Shown piece by piece: positions 1 to 12,076 of a stretch of DNA of 64,000 bases. The DNA is taken from assembly GCA_030295235.1 (NCBI GenBank), contig AP026125.1, positions 1,426,001-1,490,000 on the forward strand, read 5' to 3'. The DNA comes from Fistulifera solaris (Eukaryota). Numbering within the stretch: position 1 is the first letter of the stretch; each line of letters begins with the position of its first letter. The notes below the pieces were generated by a model. It searched no databases. It was not told the DNA's origin and saw nothing but the letters and a program-made list of their open reading frames with translations. A program made the position numbers and the translations under genes.

Positions 1-635
1 CTGCTGCTTTGCAGGGCGCTTATCGATGCGAAATCCTTTCTCAGCAAGGGAGAGTATTCTTACAGTTAGGTGCCACAAATGAGGCACGACAAATATTTGA
101 CATGGCAAGAGACGCGGCGACTCATGGCTCTGTTGCGGAAGAGACCATGCAAGTAATGCGGCACTCTCTTGTTCCGTTCGTCCCAGCGCATATGTCTCTT
201 AATGATGGCTTGCTAAAATTCTCCGAAGGTCAATACAACGAAGCCCTGGAATGCTTTCGGCATTGTGTCGACTTGATAAGGCAAAGGATTGAAATGAAGT
301 CGGCGGTTGCGTCTTCCAACAGTTTTGATATGAAAGCCTTGATACCCATGCCCACAGGAGCAGCGCCGGAAGATGCTCTTTATAGTGAGGCAATCAATAA
401 CATGTCTTTGTGTGCGCTATACACGTGTAACTTGCATGAAGCCATTTTATTGATGGAATCTTTGATTCGAGAAGACCCCATTAAATTTTTGACCGAGCGC
501 GTTTGTCTCAACCTTTGCATATTGTACGAGCTGAGTAATGAGACATCCATGGCTGCCAAGAAGAAAAAGGTTTTGCAATTGATTGCGAAACGTTTCATGC
601 TTCATGATATCGGGCCATCTAGCTTTCGACTCTAG
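1..635 (+). CDS. TRAPPC12: TPR protein, TRAPP complex subunit 12 (TTC15)-like, 3' part
   Basis: TPR-like helices. C-terminus NNMSLCALYTCNLHEAI..ESLI..NLCILYEL..KKKKVL..FRL resembles TRAPPC12. Open at the window edge. Confidence 0.7.
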   Translation, partial: AALQGAYRCEILSQQGRVFLQLGATNEARQIFDMARDAATHGSVAEETMQVMRHSLVPFVPAHMSLNDGLLKFSEGQYNEALECFRHCVDLIRQRIEMKSAVASSNSFDMKALIPMPTGAAPEDALYSEAINNMSLCALYTCNLHEAILLMESLIREDPIKFLTERVCLNLCILYELSNETSMAAKKKKVLQLIAKRFMLHDIGPSSFRL

Positions 636-737
636 GTTTTCATCTTAATTACATAGTGATATTGACACAGGTAAACAATTATTAAAATGATCTGAGCAAT
701 TAGTCTAACTTCCCCACAGCGATGATTCAACTACAAT

Positions 738-1554
738 TTATTGCACGTGGCAAGCAGCCAACGCGAGATCCGCATCCGATGCACACATCTTCATATTCGT
801 TCCATGTGAAGGCATTACCGCATCACCATGATCCAAAGCATGCTTTCGCTTTATCACTGCCTTCCACATATCCGCAGGATCGGGTCGCAAGGGACCTCCT
901 TTGTTACCCGGCTGGTCACAGGCATGCGTCCATTCAAAGACCGGGGCAGCCTCGTGGTGCCCATAGCATACAATGCCTGGCATCACAATTCCATTCGGGT
1001 ACGCGCCGGCTTCGACTAAATCGCTCACTCCCGCTTCTTCCGGAGACATGATTTTCAAGTGCTCCAGGACAACGTCGTCAATCAAGTAATTCGCCAATGC
1101 ATTGGAGCTATCGCCCACGACTTCCGAGAAACCGCATTCTTTCGTCAGGCCCCACTGTTCATCGGCTTTCTTAGCGCCAGCCTCGCCTTCGCTGGTCCAC
1201 GCAATCAACAAGCATTTCTCGTCTTCTTTTTGTTGTGCTTTGAGGAAGCTTCCGAGGCGTTGAAGATAGTATTTGTCGTACTTACACCAAGAACCACGGA
1301 AGAGGACTAAACAAAGAATATCCGGCTCGGTGGCTTTTTCAATGATCCACTGTAATTTATAGTTCGGGCGACGAATGAAAAGAGCAGCGTTAGATGATGA
1401 AATAAATAAAAATAAAGTTTCGGTAATTCTTCAGTCGTTTACGGAAAATCAACTGTGCTCTGAGCAACGGGAAACGAAGAATATCTCGAAGGGTGACGAA
1501 AAACATTAAGTTCCTTACCTTTTCCGGGTCGGATACAAACGTAGCTTCAGACAT
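738..1554 (-). CDS. AhpC/TSA (peroxiredoxin-like thioredoxin fold) protein, 2 exons
   Basis: Exon 1 1554-1519 (MSEATFVSDPEK), GT-AG intron 1518-1350, exon 2 in frame with ORF 738..1211. Motif LVLFRGSWCKYD. Confidence 0.6.
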
Positions 1555-1989
1555 GTTTTACGCGTGATTTGCAATGACAAAGCTGTCTTTCTTGTTGATT
1601 CAATTGTGTTGATTGCGTTGCAATTGCACAGCAAGGTGGCCATTAAAATCAAAGGCGGTGCGTTTTGCGGGGCTTCGATCTTTTTTATAGCATCGAGCGC
1701 GGTGATATCCGCGAGAGAAGGCCGAAATAAGCCGCAAGCCGCAAAGGACTGTGTCTTTAATGTAGTTGTTTTCTGATACAAAAAGTAAGGAGAAACGTGT
1801 TACACGGATCTTGAAAGGAAACGAAAGAATTTAAGCGATACACAGTATCCGAGCGCGACTCACCGTCGTCGGCCGGACGAGTGATGAAATCAAACACAAA
1901 AACACACGTGAACGTCTTCTTGAATGCTATTCATTCGAATTCAATGTCTCTTTAGTGAGCGTTTCTTATTAGTTTTTTAATCAATAAAA

Positions 1990-3264
1990 ATGAAAGCATA
2001 TATGACATTCCAGCATGGCAGCCAGCCGCTGGGGACATTGTACATGGAACTGGAACAAAAGGTCGTTCCCAAAACCGTGCGAAATTTTGAGGCATTTCTT
2101 CGAAAGGGTTACAAGGGAACAAATGTGCACCGACTGATCAAAGGCTTTATGCTTCAAGCGGGTGATATTACAGCAGGTGATGGAACAGGCGGGTATTCTA
2201 TTTACGGGAAAACATTTGCGGATGAAAATTTCATTCTGCGACACGATCGCCCCGGGCGGCTGAGTATGGCGAATGCGGGGCCGAATACAAATGGCAGCCA
2301 GTTTTTCATTACGTTCAAACCGACACCTCATTTAGACGGGAAGCACGTGGTGTTTGGGAGCGTTGACTTGCAGAGAAGTGGGACGTTGCTGAAAACACTG
2401 GAGCAAATTAAAACGCTATCAAACGACAAACCAAAGCAAGAATTGACGATTGTCGATTGCGGTATCATAGAGGAGGCCCCCGACAGCGCAAAAACGGCAG
2501 CGGTCGCTGAAGCTGTTGATGCGGATGCAGATGAAATCGACTTGGAAGAAGAAGAAGAAGAAGAAGATGTTGAGGCTAGAAACGATGTTGTACAAGAAGT
2601 TGTTGAATCGGAAGATGATGACTCGAAACCGTTAAGTAAATCAGAAGCTTTGAAGAGGCGATTAAGGAAGCTAAAACAAAAGGTCAACCAAGCGAGACAA
2701 CTTAATAGACAGGCAGTAAAAGACGAAGGAGAACGGTCAACTGTCGAGGGCAGTGCGTCCGCCCGGAAGAAACTAGCGGCTGCGAATAAAGAGGGCAAGA
2801 ATTCCACCTGGGCACAACAGAATGCTAAGGCTTTGTCCATTGCCAACGAATCGGGGGTAGATGCGAAGCATCTGACAGAACAGGCTGCAGATTCAGTTTA
2901 TAAAGCGCGACTAGCCGCTGAACGAGCGGAAACGCAACCTCACAAGTATCTACGAGATTTGAAATCTATTCCTCGAAATTTGCCTCAATCCTCAGAGACT
3001 GGTATTTCAACCTTCAACCCACTACAGAATGAAGTGAATCCTGACAAAGAACGAGAAGGAGCGCGACGGTTGGCCCTGGAAATGCACAAAAGAGTGGAGA
3101 AAAATACGAAACGATTACTGTCTGTCAAGCGCAAAGGTGGCGATGACGGTGACGTTTCTTACATCAACAAGCGGAATAAAATTTTCAATGAGAAAATCAG
3201 TCGCGATTATGACAAACACACGGCAGAAATTCGAGAAAGTTTAGAACGGGGCAGTGCTTTATAA
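1990..3264 (+). CDS. Cyclophilin PPIase fused to a SYF2 splicing-factor domain
   Basis: [30 protein letters not shown] and [10 protein letters not shown] (cyclophilin); acidic linker; [37 protein letters not shown] (SYF2 C-terminus). Confidence 0.9.
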   Translation: MKAYMTFQHGSQPLGTLYMELEQKVVPKTVRNFEAFLRKGYKGTNVHRLIKGFMLQAGDITAGDGTGGYSIYGKTFADENFILRHDRPGRLSMANAGPNTNGSQFFITFKPTPHLDGKHVVFGSVDLQRSGTLLKTLEQIKTLSNDKPKQELTIVDCGIIEEAPDSAKTAAVAEAVDADADEIDLEEEEEEEDVEARNDVVQEVVESEDDDSKPLSKSEALKRRLRKLKQKVNQARQLNRQAVKDEGERSTVEGSASARKKLAAANKEGKNSTWAQQNAKALSIANESGVDAKHLTEQAADSVYKARLAAERAETQPHKYLRDLKSIPRNLPQSSETGISTFNPLQNEVNPDKEREGARRLALEMHKRVEKNTKRLLSVKRKGGDDGDVSYINKRNKIFNEKISRDYDKHTAEIRESLERGSAL

Positions 3265-3833
3265 AAAAAAATGTTTATCGATCATCGCTAGTCCGTACGG
3301 TATGATGGAAATCGTGCGGCTCGTTGCCTTCCTTTTTACTACTGTATTAACCCAAGATTTTTCGAGCCAGACTGCTACCTAAATTCCGTAACAGTACAAG
3401 ATCATTGCGATGCAACGTCCTGTGGCATTTTGGGTCGATTATTAACGACGATCGACTATACCTCCAAACTGTAGACGACTTTCACCACGACTGCATTCAG
3501 TCATGAATAACGATTCGATTCCGAGCTACAGAACCTTCGTTCACTAAGCAAGCTTGACAGGCTACATGGCATGCTTTTCATTGGGACCAGAATGCCAACA
3601 GCTTTGCGATGCACCAATATCTCGTTGGTCTCTGGTCTGTATCTGTACTTAGAATCTTTGTCAAGGTCTTTGCGCATTCAAGAGGAACGCTCGCCCGTCC
3701 ATCGTCCGTCGCATTTAGCCGCTGCGCAGCATTTTTTGCTGCCGTCGCACAACACAAAAAAGTGATTGTTGCTTGGTAAAGTCTCTTTTGATTAAGTCGC
3801 TTTGTGCATTACTCTGCATCTATTTACGAAAAT

Positions 3834-6309
3834 ATGACGGCCATGGACTGGAATGACCTCGCGGCTCGACCTCTTTCGAGTGTTGGAGGGACTCCGGGAA
3901 ATGCGAGAACTCCTCGTGACTTCCTCCCTCCTTCCGGAGATCAGAATCTAATGGGAGACCTGCCGCGCTGGATGAATCAAAGCTGGAACACAAACGAACC
4001 AGATTCTTCGTCGCATCAACAAGCGTCTGAAACACTTCATTTTGATAGCTTGGAAGAGCATCTGTTGCATCACGAACAAAGAATCATGACGAGAATCTTA
4101 CAGGAGGCGACAGAACAAGCCATTGCTAGTGCCGATGCGATGATTGAAGCGCAAATTCAGTCTGCGTGGGAGAAGGAACGCGAACGCTGGAAGAAAGAAT
4201 GGTTTGGTTCCGTTGTGCGTCGTCATCCGAACCGTCATGGTGCTCTTGTGGAAAGTAACAATGCGGAGGCGGGCCTGCTGATTGCCAAAAATGACGCTCA
4301 CTCCCCGATTGAAAGCTCTACACGCGGATCTGCGCTACTTGCGTTGCCATCCTCGTGGCAGCCCAAGCCCGCTGACGGAAGATTGCCTCCTACTCAGGCC
4401 CCATTGGACTTGGCGTCGGCATCAGCTCACCTTCAAATCTTTCAGCGGATGGAAAACTCTGACAAGGCGGTGAACGAATTCCTCAACTTGCTCACACCTC
4501 AACCAAATTTTCCAAGCTCTCCTGTCGACTTGGGATATCGGTTCGCCTGGCAAGTTACGAGAGACTTGCTTCGTCATAAGCGATCTTTGGCGCTGTCACC
4601 GGTCGCGCAAGCCACGGCTGCGCTGGAGCATCTTTGTTTGAACTTTCAATCCATGATAGCGAATCGTATTCGCATCGATCAAACAATCGCGCCACATCAT
4701 TTCCGGAATAATATAGCCAATCAATGCGTGGTTTTCTGCAAGCTGGTATTGGGTGGGGACGAGCAGTCCGTGTGGCCGCCCGTATTTTATTGCTTGCGCT
4801 GCGGTGATGCTGTGGCCGCTCTCGAAATTTACCAATCGACTCCAGAACCAGATGCCGCCGTTCTTCAGCTGCTAATGAGTCTTGCCGGTAAGCAAGGGAG
4901 CCTACCGACAGTTTGGTCGCCTCCAGACACCACTTCGTCTGGTTTGGTTGTTACGCCGTCTCCGGCAGACCGCAGATCCGTCGGTGATCTCTGGGAAAAC
5001 TGTCAGCATCGAGACAAACCTGTCGATCTTCATGAACAAGGTGTCTATGCCTTACTGTCAGGAGTCGCCTTGCTCCCCGCCTCCGAAGGCAGCAGTGTCC
5101 CTGGGCTCTCGACCATCGAGGACTACTTAGTGGGCGCCATTTGGAAGGGCCTGTCACAGCCAAACCCTGCTCAAGAATTAGAGAATCTTGCTGCTACGAT
5201 CCGCGACTTTGGTCCGGACTACTTTGGAAGCCCCGGCTCCGGAGGATGGGACTTTGCTCGTCCTCTTTTCTTGACGCAGCAATATGAGCGAGCATTGCTA
5301 CACTTGACCGAGTCGGGAGGTGTCAATGGTCTTTTGCAAGCCACGCATTTGGCTTATGTCATGATTGCTAGTGGCGTTGTGCCTCGGGAATTTCTGAGTG
5401 ATTCGATTGTTACCTCATTGTTGGTTTCGTACGCACAACAGCTTGTGGGGCGGCGAATCTGGGTGCCAAAGCATCGTTGGAATATGTTGCCCGAATTCCT
5501 GATCGACGTCAATCGCGACAAGAAGTCGCGAAATTGATTTCGAGTACGGGCAAAATCTTCGAATTGGTTGGAAGTATCAGTCCCGAAGGAACGAGGGTTC
5601 GAAGCGAATCGGTTATTGACATGTTCTTCTCGGAGTCTGAAGTTTCCATGTTACTTGCGGAAGCTGCCGAACTGATGCTTCATGGCAACTACCAACAGGG
5701 AACGTCAAAGACGCATTCGGTAGGTCTCGCGGCCATGTGCTATATGTTGGCTGGACGATACAATGATGTCGTGAGTCTGCTCAATCAAATGATTTCTCCT
5801 CCCGAGAAAACCGACGAGAACCGAACATTTTGGTTGCAGCAAGTCAAAGACTTTCGTGATACATATCTGAGCAAGAAGACTGAAGTTTCGGTAGCGTTGG
5901 AAGAGATGGCACCCAAATGTTGGAGACAAACAACATTTTGGTCGAATTGAACAAGTTCTTCATCGCGCAGCAGCAAGGACAGTTTCAAGAAGCTTGGAGT
6001 ATGATCGACCGACTCAACTTGCTACCAACTGCGCAAGCTGATTTGGGTTCGAAGGAACGCAGCTATCAGAGTCTCGATCCGCTGGTGAAACAGTCCTTCC
6101 CTGCTATCCTCGTCGCATCAATGGAAATGCTTCATGCTGACTATCGTCGATTGAAAATGCAAGTTCAACCCAATACTGAGGGAATTGTGCGTGATCGTTT
6201 GGGGCAGATTCGGGCAAGAGCCAGCTTGTTCGTCACCCTAGCTGGCTTGGTAGGAGTTGCTCCTGACGAAATGGAGAAGATTTCTCGGCTAGGATCGCTC
6301 ATGATTTAA
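3834..6309 (+). CDS. NUP93: Nucleoporin Nup93/Nic96 (two apparent frameshifts near 5460 and 5910)
   Basis: WPPVFYCLRCGD, TIEDYL, LFLTQQYERAL and ATHLA motifs across three overlapping ORFs. Confidence 0.85.
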
Positions 6310-6367
6310 AGTCTAATAGTACAAATAATAGCTAGGATATGCGTTGAATAGTTGTTTTTACAGCGCT

Positions 6368-7195
6368 TTACTTTAGTCTCTTTCTTCGCCATTTGTACTG
6401 GGCAGGTTGCCCTTGCTCGGCTTCCTTGATTTTTCGTTTGCGGCCCTTTCCTGCCACTAATTTCTCTGTGACTAAATGTGCTTCTGCTCGACTCATCGCA
6501 GCCGCGCGCTTCTCTCTTGCTTTCAATTCACGATACGAACTTTCCTTAGCTTTCGCCAGCTTCTTTGCTGCTTTCTTTGCTTCTATCATTTGAGCCACTA
6601 AATCTTCTCGAGACTGTACGAGGTCTTCATCGTCGTTCGACTCCGCACCTCCCAAAATATTTGACTGGATACTTTCGATCTTTTGACGATTGTATGCTCG
6701 TCCAACAAGCTCTGGCAATGTACCAAAGTGAGAAGCTGCATCAAAACTCTCCGCAGCCTGCTTGTCCGCAACAAAAATGGTATGTTTTCTCTTTTGTGCC
6801 GGTGCATCTAATCCGTGCAGAGTGGCTCGCAACTTCTCAGCCTTCTTTTTGTCTTTTTGTTTCTGCATGCGAATGTAACTGAGATCTTGGTCCTTCATAA
6901 TTCGTATAGTATCGGATCCGACTTCTTCCTCGAATTTTCGATGCTCCGCTTCCTTCGTTCTCCGATGCTTTCCGTCCTGAACTTGCGCGTTGTGCATCCC
7001 AAAATAGAATTCTTCAGGATTTTTCATGGATGCTTTTAGCTTCATCGCGTTAATGCGATCTTCCTTTTTGTGATAATCTTTCGCTCGAACGACATAGTCT
7101 TTCTTCTTTTGCAAAAACCCCAAGTGCGATCGGTGTTGCGGCTGCGAGCGCTCCTTGTGTGTAATGCGTTTGACCGCATTCCGAAGCGACGACAT
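6368..7195 (-). CDS. UTP11: U3 snoRNP protein UTP11
   Basis: MSSLRNAVKRITHKERSQP..LGFLQKKKDY..RAKDYHKK..NPEEFYFGM; ends YKWRRKR. Confidence 0.95.
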   Translation of the reverse strand: MSSLRNAVKRITHKERSQPQHRSHLGFLQKKKDYVVRAKDYHKKEDRINAMKLKASMKNPEEFYFGMHNAQVQDGKHRRTKEAEHRKFEEEVGSDTIRIMKDQDLSYIRMQKQKDKKKAEKLRATLHGLDAPAQKRKHTIFVADKQAAESFDAASHFGTLPELVGRAYNRQKIESIQSNILGGAESNDDEDLVQSREDLVAQMIEAKKAAKKLAKAKESSYRELKAREKRAAAMSRAEAHLVTEKLVAGKGRKRKIKEAEQGQPAQYKWRRKRLK

Positions 7196-7625
7196 GATTA
7201 TCACGCCTGTTTCGGCAATTAAAGTCGTTCCTCGAGTGGATGTTGCGCTTTGTAGCGACTGAATTGAATTAATCGGTTGTGTTTGTGTTTTTCTTTTTCT
7301 TTTTCGTGGTCGCGATTTGCGATTGATTGGTGATTGGTGATTGGTGATTGGGGACACGGAATACGGAATCCGATTGTATCTGTTTACGTAGTATTCTAAT
7401 TTATAACTTATAACCTTATCTAAAATTCCAGGTTCCTAAGGAACGGAATATCACTGACGTCACGATTGGCCTGACTTTGTATGGTGTGAAGTGTTGAAGC
7501 GCGGCTGTCCGTGCGAAAGCGTGCGAACCTGTGCGGAGAGGCTGTTTGCATCCGCAACCAGCAACCATGTCAACCTTTCGACCATCATAAAATAATTGCA
7601 ACCCCTGCAGTTGTTGATATCGAAA

Positions 7626-8339
7626 ATGAAGCTCTTCAAAGCATCCGTATTGCTTTCGGCTGTCGCACATGCGGCGGCCTTTACTTCCCGCAGCGCTTTC
7701 GGCGTGCGCTCCATGTCCGCTCTCGGAATTGCCGTCGGCGACAAGATCCCTGACGTCGGTCTTATGAAAGGCTTCCCTGATGTCAAGACGACCAGTGTTG
7801 CTGACTATGCCAAGGGCAAGAACGTTATCATTGTTGGGCTCCCCGGAGCCTTTACCCCCACCTGATCTTCAGTGCAGGTCCCGGGTTACCTCGAGAAGGC
7901 TGGTAAGTCAAGCAGAATGCTTTTCGACTTTCTGAACTTATTTCATGATAACCTAACTATTCATTTACTCTCACTTTTACCCAATAGATGCCCTCAAGAG
8001 CGCCGGGATCGACGGAGTACTTGTGTACTGCGTCAACGACCCTGCTGTCATGCAGGCCTGGAGTGAAAACCAGGGTGTCAAGGGTGACTTTGTTACCCTC
8101 ATGGGTGATCCATCGGGAGCCTTCACCAAGGCCCTCGATTTGAAATGACCCATCCCGGCCCCGTTTCGGTCGGTATCATTGGTCGCAGTAAGCGCTTTGC
8201 TTTGATCGTCAAAGACGGTACTGTGACTCATGTTGCCGTCAGTGAGGCCGAAGGTGACCCAGCCGGTGATTCCGATCCTTCTGCATCTTTGGCCGAAGCT
8301 ATGCTTGAGGCCATTGAGAAGGGTGCCCTTTCCAAATAA
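7626..8339 (+). CDS. Type II peroxiredoxin (Prx5/redoxin family), putative selenoprotein, plastid-targeted
   Basis: GLPGAFTPT-TGA(7863-7865)-SSVQVPGY. Intron 7903-7987. Exon 2 has YCVNDPAVMQAW and RSKRFALIV. One-base frameshift in the A-run near 8143. Signal peptide ends AAA/F. Confidence 0.9.
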
Positions 8340-8396
8340 ACTGTAGGCTATAGTAGGCGAGCACCATTATTGGAACGGTCACACGGAGATTGCGCA

Positions 8397-8450
8397 TCGA
8401 GCTGAATGATGTCCATGTCGTCTACGACAATGGGCTGAGCAAGCATTCGA
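8397..8450 (+). promoter_or_regulatory. SECIS-like hairpin 1
   Basis: ATGA(8406)-T-GTCCAT-GTCG-TCTA-CGAC-A-ATGGGC-TGAG, with lower stem TCGA-GCT/AGC-TCGA. Lacks an apical AA. Confidence 0.45.
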
Positions 8451-8487
8451 ACGTACTTTCTTTGTGGTTGTTGTTGTATTGGTGCTT

Positions 8488-8603
8488 GTCTGCGGTTGAT
8501 GCTATTGCCAGTATCATGGAATGACGTCGCTCTTGTGGAATCTTGAGTTCGACTCGAGAGACTGATAGTAAACGAAATTGGTCCGATGGCTTCGGTTGCA
8601 GAC
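8488..8603 (+). promoter_or_regulatory. SECIS-like hairpin 2
   Basis: ATGAC(8521)..AA(8539-8540)..GAC-TGAT core on a long lower stem: GTCTGCGGTTGA/TCGGTTGCAGAC, GCTATTG/CGATGGC, CCAGT/ATTGG. Confidence 0.6.
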
Positions 8604-8712
8604 TTTGCAGAGTTCTGTCGCCTATATACAATTAACTTAGAATACAATCAATCATATGTGGAGGCATTATAATAAAGTTTAATGTAGCTGCTCCTCCATA
8701 CGCGCTGACTGC

Positions 8713-9779
8713 TTATTCGACGGGCTCAAATTTGCTGCCGAGTTCGGAAAGCTTCTTGTGAGCTTTGGCGTACGATTCGAAAAAAGCATCCTGCGAATCG
8801 CGAAACTTTTCAGCGAATGGCTTGAAACCGTCATCGTCAAACAAAGTTTTATCCGTCGACAACTTGAGAAGTTCAGGGTCAGCCTTCGAGTCCGCCATCG
8901 TAGTGAAATACGAGTTGTCAAAAACGACTATAATTGAACAAAGGATGTGTGAGTGTATCGCACGAAGCCAAGTATAAGAATACTATTATCACTTACGCCA
9001 GCGCTCCGTCCAACTGCTGCCACCAGGATTGTACTTGGCTTCAGTCCCATCAGCTCGAACTTGCTTACTTCCGTTCGTGAACTTGGTTTCTGTTGCGCCA
9101 AGACCCGAGCGATCCTTGTACGCGCGTCCGAAGGTATGAGCTCCGCTCAAGGCGACAATTTCTTCGTCGTTAAGCCCCATGCGGTAGAAAACCTTTCGCA
9201 AGTGGCCATTAGGAGTCTTGTCTTCGGTAGATGCCGTGCCACCCGGTCCGCCGTACTTTCCCTCCGGAGAAGGTTCGGCGTCGGGAAGATTACCTTCCTT
9301 GCTGCACTGGTGCGGGCCTGTGGTATCGCAGCGACCGTACTTCATATCGATTTTGGGTCCACCCGCGAGTTCGATAGAACGCGCTGACGCCATTTGAAAG
9401 ATATCAGCGTAGCTAACATCAGGAAAGGCCGCTTTGACAGGCTCGAGGAGTTTGACGGCACCTGCCAGACCTGCGTTGGCGCCGTGATTGATTTCCGGCT
9501 CGAATCGGATAGAGCCAACAGCCCCTCCTGCAGCGGGCCACTCTTCCTTGATCGATGCATCATAGGTACCTGCATCGTGCCAAGCGAGGCGGACCATGAC
9601 AGGTCCGCAGTTTCGCTCGAGAAGGATCTTGTCAATCATTTCTTGGGCTCCTTCTAGGTCGGCGCGGGTGACTTGGAGAGGGAGACCCGCGACGAAATGG
9701 CAGGCTTGTTGTGAACAAAAGCCGCCACATCGCTGGTGGTCAGTGCAAGGACAAACAAAGTCAACGGTGAAAGCTTCAT
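8713..9779 (-). CDS. APX: Ascorbate peroxidase (class I heme peroxidase), plastid-targeted
   Basis: VRLAWHDAGTY, VSYADIFQMA and ALSGAHTFGRA; intron ~8929-8996 joins RW-LVFDNSYF. N-terminus MKLSPLTLFVLALTTSDVAA/F is joined through a frameshift near 9685. Confidence 0.9.
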
Positions 9780-10230
9780 GATTGCGCTAAAAAGCTGGGA
9801 ATGCTATCGTATCTTGTATAAGATGTAAGACAATAATGAGATTTGAGTCGCCGTCAGAGGTGCACGTTGGCAATTTTTACCTTTCACAGACATCCGTCAG
9901 CCATCACCATAATCTTGTGGTTCGGACCTACAGTCAGCACTCTACACTTTCTGTCTATACAATCCTTTCCGAGGATCTTCATTGGCGTTCCTTTGGTTCT
10001 TCCATTGGCACAAATTCTGGACCGTAAAGTTAAAGCCTCTAGAGCTAGAGTTCTGAAGTACTATACGTAGTCTATGTTCAAACACTTCAAAGAGTAGCCT
10101 TAGTCTATAATGCAATATTTCAATTGTTAACGCCTCTTGTCTAAGAAACTAGCATAGCTCCCAAGTTCGATTGACTGTTGTTGCTTGAAAGAGGACTGAA
10201 TAATTAGGCATCGATAAATCATGACATTCA

Positions 10231-11501
10231 TTACCCGATTCCAGTTTGCAAGTTTCTTCGGCAAAGCGGACATGTTGTTCGTTTGGCTCGCCTTCTTCGC
10301 CACGATGAACTCGTTTCTGGGTTACTATTACCTTGCCATCTTCCTCCAATCCACCTTGCAATGCATTGCTGATGAAATAGATGATCACACTTCGTCGCAC
10401 GCACAATTTCTTCGTCGGCATCTCCCACCTTCTCCCCGCTTTCAATATCGCACTGAAATCTTTCATCCTCGTCTTTGATCTGGAAATCACTCATACAAAT
10501 GGCGCAATCATGAACGCCCCGTGCATCACGTCCTTGTTCCATCAATTTCTCGCCCTTTGATATAATCCAGACCGAATCATTTGTATTGCCTTGACCTCCA
10601 TCTTCCTTTCGTCTTATGAGTTGCACTGTCTCAAGCTGATCGATTATATCCCCAGCTGATACGGTCGGCGCACCTGACAACAAAGTCTCTTCCTCTTCTC
10701 GAAAACGTTCTTGTAACAGATTCAGCGCTTCCTGATCTGCCGTCACTTGTCTCAGAAACCAGAGATACACACAAGGCAAACAAAGAAGAGGCAGTATCAA
10801 ACTCAACGTGAAAATCTCCAACGCGGCGACATATACTGAGAGCGCAGGGTATAAATTCGGACAAGTAGCAGTACATGTCCCCGGGCGCGCACCGCTTGAG
10901 TTGGTGACATCTTCTTTCTGTCCAGCGGGGATACTGTCTTCGTCCCCTCTACAGGTCTGTACCAACGTTATTCCAGCATAAACGTACAAAAGAGCCAAGG
11001 TGTGAAAAATCTGATCGTATCGCCGCACAATCAATGGGCGATTCGGTCCATCGCGTGATCGATCGTAGGAAAACAAATAAGCTCGGATGCTGGTGTGCGT
11101 AGGCACATACACTATCCAGAAAATTGTGGCCGCCGCAAATGATTTGAGAGGTCGCGAGCAAGGCTTGTTGATATCAAGTAATAGTGCGTATAGGAACCAC
11201 AAAGGGCAAGGAACGCGAGAGTACCTGTGGGTACGATCGGCCAGGTGATGACAGCAAACAGACAACGCAGACGTGTTGTCAGCGTAGACAGCGTTCTATT
11301 TTCGGTCTCATCATCACTTTGTACGGAATGTTGTTCATCGTCATCGACGTTATTTCCGAGTAGATGGTTATTACGGGTCAATACAGCATCAAGGTGCGTT
11401 CCGTAAGAGAATCGAGACGGTTCATCAGCGTCTGACGGGCTTGCCGGATCACGCGGTGAACCGGATCGTAAGCGAGTGCTTTCGTCCGGCATTACACTCA
11501 T
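10231..11501 (-). CDS. Membrane-anchored RING-H2 E3 ubiquitin ligase (frameshift near 11200)
   Basis: Several hydrophobic helices, then CAIC..CDHLFHQQC..W..CPLCR. Confidence 0.8.
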
Positions 11502-12076
11502 CGATGAGTATCTGGTACGATTGGGTTTCTTCGGCCAAGGTTGTAATCGTTTAACGTCGATGGTATTGTTTGACTCTGTTTCTTTTGTGTAGTCTATATT
11601 AGTCTATTTTGATCTCTTCTTTCGACGTGACGATTTTTTCTTTTTCCTTGTGAAGCGTGTGAGTACCACGAGACACTGTCGGACGTCGTACCAGTACCTC
11701 CAACTGTGAGATTCACACTCTTGCAACTTAGTTTACACTTAACTGGACACCTCACTCAGAAACTACAATAAGCACCACAGTCAAACCCCAACAGGTATCC
11801 GTTGGTTTCAACGGAAATATATCGCCTATCTGTTTCAACCGCAAATATTATACTCGTAAACGATTATTTATACAGATAGATCAGAATGTTAATGCTCTTC
11901 ATAGCCACATTTTGCGCATCGTTGCAGAACGTTGGAGGTGCGCCATATTTGTTCCGCTGTCACTGAAAAATCAAACTGTTAGTCCTTGCAAAGATCTCGC
12001 ATCTTCTCTTATTATTTTGTTGCAACTTTCAGCAACTACTTCAAGGCCTGTTCACTCGGAGAAAAGAACTGCAACT

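Noticed and set aside
7863..7865. Genome-wide TGA reassignment or simple nonsense mutation
   Set aside because: TGA terminates other genes normally. Its position at the catalytic Cys plus SECIS-like hairpins favours selenocysteine.
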